NCBI GenBank assembly: GCA_051647125.1 | Contig: JBOFDP010000085.1 | Coordinates: 50,548 to 114,547 of the forward strand | DNA length: 64,000 bases | Direction: 5' to 3' | Origin: Chitinophagaceae bacterium | GTDB taxonomy: Bacteria > Bacteroidota > Bacteroidia > Chitinophagales > Chitinophagaceae | Shown: piece after piece, positions 19,287-28,517 of the stretch | How positions within the stretch are numbered: the first letter of the stretch is position 1 | How the letters are laid out: the number at the start of each line of letters is the position of its first letter | Translations under genes and position numbers: made by a program | The notes under the pieces: generated by a model | What the model was told of the DNA's origin: nothing | Seen by the model: only the letters and a program-made list of their open reading frames with translations | Databases searched by the model: none

Positions 19287-20852
19287 ATGGCAGAAATTAA
19301 TCTAAAAGACAAATCAAAAAACAACATACGTAGTAAAAACAATAGGAGCCCTAAAGAGAGTATCCCTTCTTTATTATATGGAAAAATACCCCCACATGAT
19401 ACAGAACTTGAAGAACTTATACTAGGGGCTATTATGTTAGAAAAGGGGGCTTTTGATATGGTATCTGAAATACTGAAACCTGAATGTTTTTATCTTGACA
19501 AGCATCAAAAGATTTTTACTGCCATGAGGCACCTTGTGTCTCAATCTCAACCCATAGATATTGTTTCTGTAAAAAACGAACTAGAATCTTTAGGTGATTT
19601 AGATATTGTAGGAGGTGCTTATTATATAGCCCAAATCACTAATAATGTATATTCTACAGCTCATTTAGAAATGCATGCTCGTATTTTACTTCAAAAGTTT
19701 ATTCAACGTGAACTTATAAGTATAGGAAGTACCATTATCAAAGATGCTAGTGAAAATACTACACAAGTATTTAACTTATTAGATAGTGCTGAAGATAGTA
19801 TTTTTAAAATTACTCAAAACTATTTACGTAGTGATTATCAGGATATAGATAAAGTTTTGGTAGACACCTACAAAAGAATAGAACATTTACGTACCCATCA
19901 AGAAGATCTTTCGGGTGTACCTTCGGGATTTTCTCATTTAGATAAAATTACTAATGGATGGCAATCTACCGACTTAATTATTTTAGCAGCTCGCCCCTCT
20001 GTTGGGAAAACTGCATTTGCTCTAAATCTTGTACGTAATGCCGCCTTACATCCTAAAAAACCCATACCTGTAGGCATCTTTTCCTTAGAAATGTCTTCCG
20101 CACAACTAGTACAAAGACTACTCGCCGCTGAATCAAAAATTTCAAATATAAAAATCTCCCGTGGACAATTACAACCTCATGAAGTTGAGCAACTCAAAAA
20201 AAAAGGTATCAATAGACTTACCAATAGTCAAATATTTATTGATGATACCGCCGCACTCAATATTTTTGAATTGCGTGCTAAATGTAGACGAATGGTTAAT
20301 AAACATAAAGTTGGGTTAATTGTGATTGATTATCTTCAACTTATGAATGCTATTAGTGATAACAAAAATGGGAATAGAGAACAAGAAATAAGCCGTATTT
20401 CTAGAGAGTTAAAAGGATTGGCAAAAGATTTAAATGTACCCATTATTGCCCTATCTCAACTAAATCGTTCTGTGGAAGGTAGGAAGGAAAGCAAAGTACC
20501 TATGCTTAGTGATTTGAGAGAATCTGGTGCTATAGAGCAAGATGCTGATATGGTATTATTTCTCTATCGTCCAGAACTTTATCAAAATAAAAACGAACAG
20601 GGAGAAGACCTTACAGGTATTACAGAACTGCATATTGCTAAACATAGAAATGGTTCTTTAGATATGGTAAACTTTATGTTCAATAAAAATTGTCAACATT
20701 TTGAAGAATCAGAAGAAAGTGGCTATAAGGTACAAGCAAAAATAGGGGCTGGAGGATTTGATGCTGTGCCACCATCTCATAAAACACTAGAAATTCATAG
20801 TACCATTCCTTCAAAAGCAGTTCCTGAAGATGACGATAATATACCTTTTTAA
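19287..20852 (+). CDS. dnaB: Replicative DNA helicase DnaB
   Basis: N-terminal domain ..IPPHDTELEELILGAIMLE.., Walker A ARPSVGKTAFAL, ..VIDYLQLM.., ..LSQLNRSVE... Plus an extra C-terminal tail of about 47 aa ending EDDDNIPF. Confidence 0.92.
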   Translation: MAEINLKDKSKNNIRSKNNRSPKESIPSLLYGKIPPHDTELEELILGAIMLEKGAFDMVSEILKPECFYLDKHQKIFTAMRHLVSQSQPIDIVSVKNELESLGDLDIVGGAYYIAQITNNVYSTAHLEMHARILLQKFIQRELISIGSTIIKDASENTTQVFNLLDSAEDSIFKITQNYLRSDYQDIDKVLVDTYKRIEHLRTHQEDLSGVPSGFSHLDKITNGWQSTDLIILAARPSVGKTAFALNLVRNAALHPKKPIPVGIFSLEMSSAQLVQRLLAAESKISNIKISRGQLQPHEVEQLKKKGINRLTNSQIFIDDTAALNIFELRAKCRRMVNKHKVGLIVIDYLQLMNAISDNKNGNREQEISRISRELKGLAKDLNVPIIALSQLNRSVEGRKESKVPMLSDLRESGAIEQDADMVLFLYRPELYQNKNEQGEDLTGITELHIAKHRNGSLDMVNFMFNKNCQHFEESEESGYKVQAKIGAGGFDAVPPSHKTLEIHSTIPSKAVPEDDDNIPF

Positions 20853-20863
20853 AAAAATTTCTG

Positions 20864-20871
20864 TAACTTTG
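20864..20871 (+). promoter_or_regulatory. Candidate -7 box
   Basis: TAACTTTG, 19 nt before ATG 20891. Confidence 0.45.
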
Positions 20872-20890
20872 TTTTAATAATTTTTATATT

Positions 20891-21385
20891 ATGCTAAAAA
20901 AAATTGTAGTTTTTTCGGTTCTTATTATTATAATAATACAATTTTTTCAAGTACCTCAAAATAAAGGTATTCGAGAAACCAAAGATTTTATTTTTAACTA
21001 TTTTGTTGCTCCAGATACTATTAAAAATATGCTGAATATTGCTTGTATGGATTGCCATAGCGACAACACCACCTATCCTTGGTATGCTTATGTACAACCT
21101 ATAGGTTGGTGGCTAAAAAGTCATATCTATAATGGTAAAAAAGAATTAAATTTTTCTGAATTTGGAAAATATTCTATAAAAGAACAAAAACGTAAGTTAG
21201 GAGCAATTACAACCTATATTTTTGACAAACAAATGCCACTCCCAAGCTTTCTTATTATTCATAAAAAGGCAAGGTTAAAGGAAGATCAAAGGGAATTAAT
21301 AATGAATTGGGCAGATAGTTGCATAGAAGGGCTTTACAATAAAAAAGCAATAGATACTACAAAAAATCCTATATACAAGGAGTAA
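20891..21385 (+). CDS. Haem-binding-domain membrane-anchored protein
   Basis: An N-terminal transmembrane segment is followed by CMDCHSDNTTYPWYAYVQPIGWWL..GKKELNFSEF, matching the CxxCH haem_bd-type domain pattern. Confidence 0.55.
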   Translation: MLKKIVVFSVLIIIIIQFFQVPQNKGIRETKDFIFNYFVAPDTIKNMLNIACMDCHSDNTTYPWYAYVQPIGWWLKSHIYNGKKELNFSEFGKYSIKEQKRKLGAITTYIFDKQMPLPSFLIIHKKARLKEDQRELIMNWADSCIEGLYNKKAIDTTKNPIYKE

Positions 21386-21431
21386 TACTCTTATAGTTTT
21401 TTTACACCCCACCTCTCTATTATTAATTTTT

Positions 21432-22478
21432 TTACGATATATTAGAAGATTGCTTTTTCAAAGGGTTTTCTCTTTGTTTTCTATATTCTATACGGTTTTT
21501 TAATACTTTTAAACTAAAAAACAAAGCTGCTATTATAGATTCTTCAGAAGCTTTATTTTGACCTGCAATATCAAAAGCTGTACCATGGTCTGGAGAGGTA
21601 CGTATTACCGGCATATTGGCAGTAAAATTAATCCCTCTATTACAATCTGTAGACTTGAATGGTATAAGTCCTTGATCATGATACATAGCCAAAACAACAT
21701 CAAATTCCTGAAAATGTCCTTTTGCAAAAAAACTGTCTGCACTATACGGACCAAAAGCATACATACCCTGTTCGTTGGCTTCTTGTATAGCAGGAATAAT
21801 ATGGTCTTTTTCCTCTGTACCTATCAAACCACCATCTCCCACATGAGGATTAAGTGACAAAACAGCAATTTTTGATTTATAAACACCAAAATTTTGAGAA
21901 AAAACAGATTCTAATGTTTTGATGGTAGATAAAATTTTCTCTTTAGTTACATATTGACTTACCTCTTTAAGAGATACATGTTCTGTAAGTAATGCCACTT
22001 TCATAGCTTCACTACACATCAACATGATAGCATCTTGAGATTGAAAAAAATTTCTAAAAAAGGGGGTGTGCCCTGTATATCGAAAAAAATCACTTTGTAC
22101 ATTATTTTTACTTAGTGGGGCAGTAATTAAAGCATTTATTTTGCCTTCTTTTAAAGCATTAGAAGCTGCCAATAAAGACAGAATGGCATATTTTCCTCCT
22201 ATTTCATTTTCTATACCTATTTGTACTTCCACTTCTTCTTGCCAAACATTAATAATATTTACAGACTGTGGCTTAAGAGATTCTAAATTAGGGGTTATTT
22301 GGTAATTAAATGTTGTGTTTTGTTGTACCTTCTTATAGTAGTTAAAAATTTTATTAGACCCAAAAATGACAGGAGTACAAAATTCTAACACTCTAACATC
22401 ACTCAACATTCTTATAATAATTTCAGGACCTATTCCATTAATATCCCCACAAGTTATTCCAATAAAAGGTTTTGACAT
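21432..22478 (-). CDS. pdxA: 4-hydroxythreonine-4-phosphate dehydrogenase
   Basis: ITCGDINGIGPEII.., ..GHTPFF.., ..LNPHVGDGG.., ..AMYHDQGLIPFK.., ..RTSPDHGTAFDIAG. Confidence 0.88.
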   Translation of the reverse strand: MSKPFIGITCGDINGIGPEIIIRMLSDVRVLEFCTPVIFGSNKIFNYYKKVQQNTTFNYQITPNLESLKPQSVNIINVWQEEVEVQIGIENEIGGKYAILSLLAASNALKEGKINALITAPLSKNNVQSDFFRYTGHTPFFRNFFQSQDAIMLMCSEAMKVALLTEHVSLKEVSQYVTKEKILSTIKTLESVFSQNFGVYKSKIAVLSLNPHVGDGGLIGTEEKDHIIPAIQEANEQGMYAFGPYSADSFFAKGHFQEFDVVLAMYHDQGLIPFKSTDCNRGINFTANMPVIRTSPDHGTAFDIAGQNKASEESIIAALFFSLKVLKNRIEYRKQRENPLKKQSSNIS

Positions 22479-22495
22479 CTAATATTAATTATATT

Positions 22496-23125
22496 TTAAA
22501 AATAAAAACGATTACCTACATTTATCATATATCCATTAGCAAAAAAAGCTGGGGCTCCTTTAATTTTTTCTGCAAAATTAGTCGTTAATATAGCTCCCAT
22601 TTCAAAGAAAATTCCATATTTCACTTTTGGTCTAATTTCCATACCACACTTCAAATACCCTCCATAACCAAATTTCTTATTAGTCATTTTAACCGTTGAG
22701 GAGGATTCTTCTTTATGAATAGTTTGATCTTTTGTATTATTAAAAGTCATCACACCGCCTATCTCAGTATAAATAGAAATCGTTTCATATAATTCAAACG
22801 ATTTTAAAATACCGAATCTAGTATCAAAATAAGGAATAAGCCCAGAACCACTTTCATTAAAGGTATTAAAAACTATATAATTACCTGCTACTCTCAACTT
22901 TACACCACTATTTCTCCAAAGATCAGGAGAGGTAATTTGTAAACCCCCTCCAAACTCATTTAATTGGACTCCAAGTTGTACACCTATACTAAACTTATTT
23001 TCAACCGGGCTATAATATGGCTTAAAACCTATCTGTTTTGTGTCCGTAGGAGTTGTCTTTTGCTCTTGAGCAAAAACCCAAAAGCCTATTGCTATATATA
23101 TTATTACAAATACAAATTTTTTCAT
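22496..23125 (-). CDS. Outer-membrane beta-barrel protein (hypothetical)
   Basis: Signal peptide MKKFVFVIIYIAIGFWVFAQ, alternating beta-strand pattern, C-terminal ..NVGNRFYF. Confidence 0.5.
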   Translation of the reverse strand: MKKFVFVIIYIAIGFWVFAQEQKTTPTDTKQIGFKPYYSPVENKFSIGVQLGVQLNEFGGGLQITSPDLWRNSGVKLRVAGNYIVFNTFNESGSGLIPYFDTRFGILKSFELYETISIYTEIGGVMTFNNTKDQTIHKEESSSTVKMTNKKFGYGGYLKCGMEIRPKVKYGIFFEMGAILTTNFAEKIKGAPAFFANGYMINVGNRFYF

Positions 23126-23160
23126 ATTTTATTCTTAGACATTAGAAAATTCTAATTAAG

Positions 23161-23168
23161 CAAATTTA
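23161..23168 (-). promoter_or_regulatory. Candidate -7 box for the OMP-pdxA unit
   Basis: TAAATTTG on the minus strand, 35 nt before ATG 23125. Confidence 0.4.
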
Positions 23169-23173
23169 ATTAT

Positions 23174-23181
23174 TAATTTTG
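23174..23181 (+). promoter_or_regulatory. Candidate -7 box for the UbiD-family gene
   Basis: TAATTTTG, 40 nt before ATG 23222. Confidence 0.4.
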
Positions 23182-23221
23182 TAAATAATTAAATATTTTT
23201 TACCCTTCTCTTTATGCTTTT

Positions 23222-25144
23222 ATGAATGCTAAAAATTTAGAAAAGTTTATTTCTATCTTAGAAAAAAATGATGAACTTATTCGTATTAAACAATTTGTAA
23301 GTTGTGATTTAGAAATTACAGAAATAGCCGATCGTTTTAACAAATCTACAACCAACAACAAAGCACTTCTTTTTGAAAATACAGGCACTTCTTTCCCTTT
23401 ACTTATCAATGCTTTTGGGAGTGAAAAAAGAATGTGTTTGGCTTTAGGCATTAACCAGTTTTCAGATATTGCTGAGGAGATGCAACAATTGTTTAAAAAA
23501 TTTACTACGCCTAAAAAAAGTTTTTTTGACAAACTACGTTTATTATCCGAATTACAAAAATTCTCCCAATGGATGCCTTCCATCCAAAAAAATAAAGGAG
23601 TTTGCCAAGATATCATTATAAAAAATCCTGATTTATCTTTACTTCCTATTCTTAAATGTTGGCCCAAAGATGGAGGCAGATATATTACTTTAGCTATGGT
23701 AAATACCCTTGATCCCATTACCCATATTCGCAATGTTGGTATGTATAGAATGCAGGTATTATCTAAAAATGATACTGGTATGCATTGGCAACGACATAAA
23801 GTAGGTGCAAAGCATTTTGAGGAATATAAAAAGTTAGGAAAAAGAATGCCTGTAGCCGTTTGTTTAGGAGGCGATCCTATCTATACCTATACCTCTACAG
23901 CACCATTACCAGAGCAGGTAGATGAATATATTTTGGCGGGTTTTTTACGAAAGAAAAAAGTTTCTTTAGTGCCTTGCATTACACAACCGGAAATCTATGT
24001 ACCTGAAGATGTTGATTTTGTGTTGGAAGGGTATGTAGATCACCAAGAACCTTTGGTATGGGAAGGTCCTTTTGGTGACCATACAGGGTTTTATTCTTTA
24101 GCTGATTATTATCCCAAGTTTCATATTACTGCTATTACTCATAAAAAGAATGCTATATATCCTGCTACTATTGTGGGTATTCCTCCTCAAGAAGATAAAT
24201 ATTTAGGATTGGCTACAGAACGAATTTTTTTACAACCTCTTCGGTTAGCTATCTGCCCAGAGTTAGAAGATATGCATATGCCTGTAGAAGGTGTTTTCCA
24301 TAATTTGGTATTAAACAAAATAGAAAAAACATATCCCGGACAGGCGACTAAGGTAATGAATGCCCTTTGGGGAGCTGGGCAAATGATGTTTACTAAAGTT
24401 CATATTATTAGTGATGTTAAAGGGGTTGAATTAACCGATTATTTTTCTTTTGCAAAAGAATGCTTTCAACATTTTAATCCTGCAAAAGATTTTCTTATTA
24501 CTCATGGACCAGCAGATGTGCTTGACCATAGCAGTAGAAAATTGGGATTTGGTGGGAAAATTGGGTTTGATGCTACACAAAAAACAGAAGAAGAAATTTT
24601 TCCTGAATACCTCTTTCCAAAGGTTCAAGACATCCATAAAACAACAGTTTTTGAAAATCCACTTATTATAGATGTTAATACCGATTTATTATCAAAAAAT
24701 ATACCTTGCGTACTGGTCTCTGTTCAAAAAAAGAAGGCTATAGATATAGTCGAAATACACAAATGGTTGATGAATAAGAATGAAATGACAGGTATTAAAA
24801 TGATTGTTTATACAGATGCCAATGTAAATATTCATAACTTATCTGGATTAATGTGGATTGTACTTAATAATATTGATGCGGAAAGAGATATTTTTGTATT
24901 TGAAAAAGAGATTCAAAGCAACAAAAAAACAGCTTGTATAGCAATCGATGGCACTATGAAAACAAAAACTATTGACGATTTTGACCGTGATTGGCCAAAT
25001 ATAGTAGTAAGTGATCCAGAAACTATAAACAAAATAGATACTATGTGGAGTTCTTTGGATATTGGAAATTTTGAACCCTCTCCATCTTTAAATTTTAAAA
25101 ACTATTTTTTAGGTAATGATGCCATTGCTACAAAAAATACATAA
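23222..25144 (+). CDS. UbiD-family decarboxylase (menaquinone-biosynthesis decarboxylase type)
   Basis: ..LIRIKQFVSCDLEITEIADR..ALLFENTGTSFPLLINAFGS.., ..NVGMYRMQV.., ..GPFGDHTGFYS... At 640 aa it is longer than a classical UbiD. Confidence 0.8.
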   Translation: MNAKNLEKFISILEKNDELIRIKQFVSCDLEITEIADRFNKSTTNNKALLFENTGTSFPLLINAFGSEKRMCLALGINQFSDIAEEMQQLFKKFTTPKKSFFDKLRLLSELQKFSQWMPSIQKNKGVCQDIIIKNPDLSLLPILKCWPKDGGRYITLAMVNTLDPITHIRNVGMYRMQVLSKNDTGMHWQRHKVGAKHFEEYKKLGKRMPVAVCLGGDPIYTYTSTAPLPEQVDEYILAGFLRKKKVSLVPCITQPEIYVPEDVDFVLEGYVDHQEPLVWEGPFGDHTGFYSLADYYPKFHITAITHKKNAIYPATIVGIPPQEDKYLGLATERIFLQPLRLAICPELEDMHMPVEGVFHNLVLNKIEKTYPGQATKVMNALWGAGQMMFTKVHIISDVKGVELTDYFSFAKECFQHFNPAKDFLITHGPADVLDHSSRKLGFGGKIGFDATQKTEEEIFPEYLFPKVQDIHKTTVFENPLIIDVNTDLLSKNIPCVLVSVQKKKAIDIVEIHKWLMNKNEMTGIKMIVYTDANVNIHNLSGLMWIVLNNIDAERDIFVFEKEIQSNKKTACIAIDGTMKTKTIDDFDRDWPNIVVSDPETINKIDTMWSSLDIGNFEPSPSLNFKNYFLGNDAIATKNT

Positions 25145-25159
25145 TATCACAACACTACA

Positions 25160-25624
25160 ATGGGACTAAATGATTTTAAAATTAATACTATTACAGCCAG
25201 TAATTTGTATCATGAAAATATTACCCTTGGAAAAATACCTTCAGACCAACCAATAGACCATAAAAAAGATATCGTCATAATCATAAACACAGAAGTGAAT
25301 AAAGAATATAAGATATGGCTTGACAAAGTATTAGCTTATTGTAAACTAAGTATAGACAATGCCCATCTCTTGACTTTCTCTAAAGAAAAAAATATAGACA
25401 TGATACTATCTACATTTAATCCCTCACAAATTTGGCTTTTTGGGATTTCCTTCCATGCTTTGGGTATGAAATCTATAAAAACCATACACTTTGAAATAAG
25501 TACATATAACGGTTTAACTTGCCTTCCTTTACCAAGAATAGAAACCTTTTTTGATAATCACATTATGAAGGAAAACAAGCGTGCCTTAATGTATTTCTTA
25601 AAAAAATTATTTAAAATAGCATAA
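25160..25624 (+). CDS. Hypothetical protein
   Basis: ORF 15 nt downstream of the ubiD-family gene. I recognise no motif with confidence. Confidence 0.4.
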   Translation: MGLNDFKINTITASNLYHENITLGKIPSDQPIDHKKDIVIIINTEVNKEYKIWLDKVLAYCKLSIDNAHLLTFSKEKNIDMILSTFNPSQIWLFGISFHALGMKSIKTIHFEISTYNGLTCLPLPRIETFFDNHIMKENKRALMYFLKKLFKIA

Positions 25625-25626
25625 AT

Positions 25627-26658
25627 CTATAATAAAACTACATCCTTCTTACTATAAAAATCAAGCATTTGCTGAGGCCATACTGATGCCTGTACTTCTC
25701 CTACATGCAATTTTCGGAGAAAAAACATACATATTCTTGACTGACCAATACCTCCACCTATAGAAAAGGGTAATTCTTCTTTAAGTATCATTTGGTGAAA
25801 AGCATATTTTTTTCTCTCTGTAGCATTGGCTAATTTCAGTTGTTCTTCTAATGCTTTATTATCTACTCTTATTCCCATACTAGAAAGTTCTACACAACCC
25901 TCCAGTATTGGATGATATAGCAGAATATCTCCATTAAGTTCCCAATCATCATAGTCGGGACTTCTGTTATCATGTTTAACCCCTGATTGTAGTTTTTTCC
26001 CTATTTTCATCAAAAACACTGCTTTCTTTTCTTGAATAATAACCTCCTCTCTTGCTTTGGGAGAAAGTTGGGGGTATTTATCTTCTAATTCTTGTGTAGT
26101 AATAAAAAAAATATCTTTTGGAAGTATAGGTATAATATCTGGATATTCGTGTGCCATATATAATTCTGTAAGTAAAAAAGCTTCATAAATATTACATACT
26201 TTTTGTTTTAGGAAATTGATATTTCTTTGTTTTTTATCTATTATAATTTCATAATCCCATTGGTCTACATACAAAGAATGTAAGTGATCCAAGTCTTCTT
26301 CTTTACGAATGGCGTTCATATCGGTATAAAGCCCTTCGCCTAAAGAAAATTGATATTTATGTAAAGCCATTCTCTTCCATTTGGCAAGAGAATGGACAAT
26401 TTCCATGCGTCCCTCTATACCATTTACCAAAAAATTAACTGGTTCTTCCAAACCATTAAGATTGTCATTAAGACCCGTATTATTAGCTAAAAACAAAGGG
26501 GCTGTTACTCTAGTAAGATTAAGCTTATAAGCCAATGCTTTTTCAAAAAAATCTTTTACCTTTTTTATAGCAATTTCTGTTTCTCTCATAGGTTTACTTT
26601 TATACCCTTTCTTGTAGTAAAATGATATCATACAAAGTTTTTTTGTAAAGATAATCAT
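25627..26658 (-). CDS. asnA: Aspartate-ammonia ligase (asparagine synthetase A)
   Basis: ..EIVHSLAKWKR.., ..LYVDQWDYE.., ..RSPDYDDWELNGDILLYHP..LSSMGIRVD.., ..GGGIGQSRICMFFL.. are collinear with E. coli AsnA as I remember it. The start may be the internal Met at 26631. Confidence 0.88.
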   Translation of the reverse strand: MIIFTKKLCMISFYYKKGYKSKPMRETEIAIKKVKDFFEKALAYKLNLTRVTAPLFLANNTGLNDNLNGLEEPVNFLVNGIEGRMEIVHSLAKWKRMALHKYQFSLGEGLYTDMNAIRKEEDLDHLHSLYVDQWDYEIIIDKKQRNINFLKQKVCNIYEAFLLTELYMAHEYPDIIPILPKDIFFITTQELEDKYPQLSPKAREEVIIQEKKAVFLMKIGKKLQSGVKHDNRSPDYDDWELNGDILLYHPILEGCVELSSMGIRVDNKALEEQLKLANATERKKYAFHQMILKEELPFSIGGGIGQSRICMFFLRKLHVGEVQASVWPQQMLDFYSKKDVVLL

Positions 26659-26668
26659 TTTTTAATAC

Positions 26669-28243
26669 CTATTTTTCTAAATAAATAATCCCAAACTTTT
26701 GGTTAAAAGGCTTACTATGCTTCATCCAGATATTTATAATTTCCTTACCATAACGAGCATACCACTCAAACATACTATCCATGCGTTCTTGTAGGTTACA
26801 ATTAGGAAAAATATGAGAAAGTACAGTTTTTAATTCTTCATTGTTATATTCCTTTCTGTATTCTCTCCAAACTTTTTTCTGTAATCTTTGAATACCTTGT
26901 ATGCTATGATTTTGTAAAAGCGCAATATATTGATTTTGGGTACGGTGTCCTTTTAGTAATTGTTTATACACTTTTTCCAATTGTATAATTTCTTTCTTAA
27001 AATTAGGAACTATTTTTTGAGTACTCATATGTTCCTCTATCAAAGTATCATAACTCTTAAAAAAACCAAGTTCATCTTTAGTATACGGCAATAGTATATC
27101 TTTTTCTTTTTGGGTAATCATCATAAAAGAATTACGAAGAAAGATAGCAGGATAATGAACACCTGCAGCTTCAAATACTTTCTTAAGTAATAACCAATAA
27201 GCCACCTCGCCACTACCTCCTACAAATGCAATATTAGGTAAAATAGTTTCTTGATACAAAGGACGAAGTATTACATTGGGACTTAGCTTTTCAGGATTTT
27301 TTTCTAAAATATTATCAATATCTAAAGTATGTTTTTGTTGTTGATGAATATAATAAAAATTATCCTTTTCTTTTATAATCCGTTCTCTAATATTTTTTTC
27401 TAAATAAAATAAATTAATATTTCTACCTTGTGTAGGGATAAAATAATTTTCAGCAAAAAAAGGGGTTCTTTGTTGTAAAATTTTTTCTGAAAATTGAGTA
27501 TGCAGTTCTTTATTGAAAATAGGAGTAAAGCAGCTTTTTAGTACCCTATCATCACCATCTATAACAAGAAGACCTTTATCCGCAAATAAATGATGAAATA
27601 TATTTGTATTTCCTTGTGCTAAAGTATTGTCTTGGGAATAACTTTTTGTTAAAACATCGATGATTTCTTCCGTAAAAGGTTCTCCCTTTAATAGCATTTT
27701 TATCTCTCGAAAAATACTATCCAACCCTTTTGAAGACATTCTACCAACTGCTCCTGTTTGTGAAGTATGAAATTCTATTTTTTGTTGCTTACAATAAACA
27801 TGTAACAATTCTTCTTTATCAGCATCTTCACTACCTACGTAATATATCGGTACAAAATGATATACAGGAAAGCGTTTTTTCAAATCATTAGCCAGTTGTA
27901 TAGTATGAATAATTTTGTACATGGTATACAATGGTCCACCCAATAAATTGGGTTGGTGAGCAGTACAAACGGTAAAGGTATTTTCTCTTTCTAAGGAATG
28001 CATTTGAAGTAAAGAAACTTCATTATGAATAATTTTTTTGTATTGTTTAAGTAATGTTTCAACTAATATATTTCTATGAAAAGGAAACAACCTTCTTTGT
28101 GTAATAGCTTCCTCTATAGCATCAATGTTTATTGCATAATTATAATATGGTTGTAGCTTAAAAGAATGATTTAGATAATCAATTACAAGAGAAGAAAATT
28201 TATAGGTTTTTTGATATGGAATAAATGAAACTTGAGTTTTCAT
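26669..28243 (-). CDS. bshC: Bacillithiol biosynthesis cysteine-adding enzyme BshC
   Basis: About 524 aa. The N-terminus ..IPYQKTYKFSSLVIDYLN....LQPYYNY.. and ..CTAHQPNLLGGPLYTMYKI.. fit the BshC pattern. Confidence 0.75.
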   Translation of the reverse strand: MKTQVSFIPYQKTYKFSSLVIDYLNHSFKLQPYYNYAINIDAIEEAITQRRLFPFHRNILVETLLKQYKKIIHNEVSLLQMHSLERENTFTVCTAHQPNLLGGPLYTMYKIIHTIQLANDLKKRFPVYHFVPIYYVGSEDADKEELLHVYCKQQKIEFHTSQTGAVGRMSSKGLDSIFREIKMLLKGEPFTEEIIDVLTKSYSQDNTLAQGNTNIFHHLFADKGLLVIDGDDRVLKSCFTPIFNKELHTQFSEKILQQRTPFFAENYFIPTQGRNINLFYLEKNIRERIIKEKDNFYYIHQQQKHTLDIDNILEKNPEKLSPNVILRPLYQETILPNIAFVGGSGEVAYWLLLKKVFEAAGVHYPAIFLRNSFMMITQKEKDILLPYTKDELGFFKSYDTLIEEHMSTQKIVPNFKKEIIQLEKVYKQLLKGHRTQNQYIALLQNHSIQGIQRLQKKVWREYRKEYNNEELKTVLSHIFPNCNLQERMDSMFEWYARYGKEIINIWMKHSKPFNQKFGIIYLEK

Positions 28244-28279
28244 AATCTAGAAGATACATATCGAAAGAAAATTTTTAAG

Positions 28280-28365
28280 TGCCCGAGGCGAGACTTGAAC
28301 TCGCACAACCGTTTCGGGTTACAGGATTTTAAGTCCTGCGTGTCTACCAATTTCACCACCCGGGC
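28280..28365 (-). tRNA. tRNA-Leu (UAA)
   Basis: The reverse complement GCCCGGGTGGTGAAATTGGTAGACACGCAGGACTTAAAATCCTGT..GCGAGTTCAAGTCTCGCCTCGGGCA folds with a long variable arm and anticodon loop CTTAAAA. Confidence 0.9.
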
Positions 28366-28384
28366 AAATTCGAAAATTACAAAG

Positions 28385-28457
28385 AGCGGAAGACGAGATT
28401 CGAACTCGCGACCCTCACCTTGGCAAGGTGATGCTCTACCAGCTGAGCTACTTCCGC
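28385..28457 (-). tRNA. tRNA-Gly (GCC)
   Basis: The reverse complement GCGGAAGTAGCTCAGCTGGTAGAGCATCACCTTGCCAAGGTGAGGGTCGCGAGTTCGAATCTCGTCTTCCGCT has anticodon loop TTGCCAA and discriminator U. Confidence 0.9.
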
Positions 28458-28483
28458 TTCTATCGCTTTCAAAAAAATCTTCA

Positions 28484-28491
28484 CAAAATTA
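28484..28491 (-). promoter_or_regulatory. Candidate -7 box for the tRNA-Gly/tRNA-Leu (and bshC-asnA?) unit
   Basis: TAATTTTG on the minus strand, 26 nt before the tRNA-Gly 5' end. Confidence 0.45.
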
Positions 28492-28517
28492 TAATCTTTT
28501 CTCTAATTTCAAAATGT

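Larger units (their letters stand above)
19093..19406 (+). repeat. Copy B of the repeat (the functional dnaB promoter, leader and codons 1-40)
   Basis: Direct repeat of 16278-16579. See the findings. Confidence 0.9.

Noticed and set aside
23212-23733. 173-aa antisense ORF over the 5' part of the UbiD-family gene. Similar long antisense or shadow ORFs are at 16897..17502, 34619..34975, 4169..4480, 11703..12020, 42315..42623, 59924..60250 and elsewhere.
   Set aside because: Each lies fully inside a gene with strong family motifs on the other strand. Their products are low-complexity with no recognisable motifs, which is typical of AT-rich shadow ORFs.
25160-25624. The 154-aa ORF after the ubiD-family gene loosely resembles the layout of the DNA polymerase III psi subunit (a hydrophobic beta-strand-like ..DIVIIIN.. 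and a C-terminal ..NKRALMYFLKKL).
   Set aside because: The resemblance is only a by-eye pattern against a remembered E. coli sequence and is far too weak to call. It needs HHpred or structure prediction before anything is claimed.
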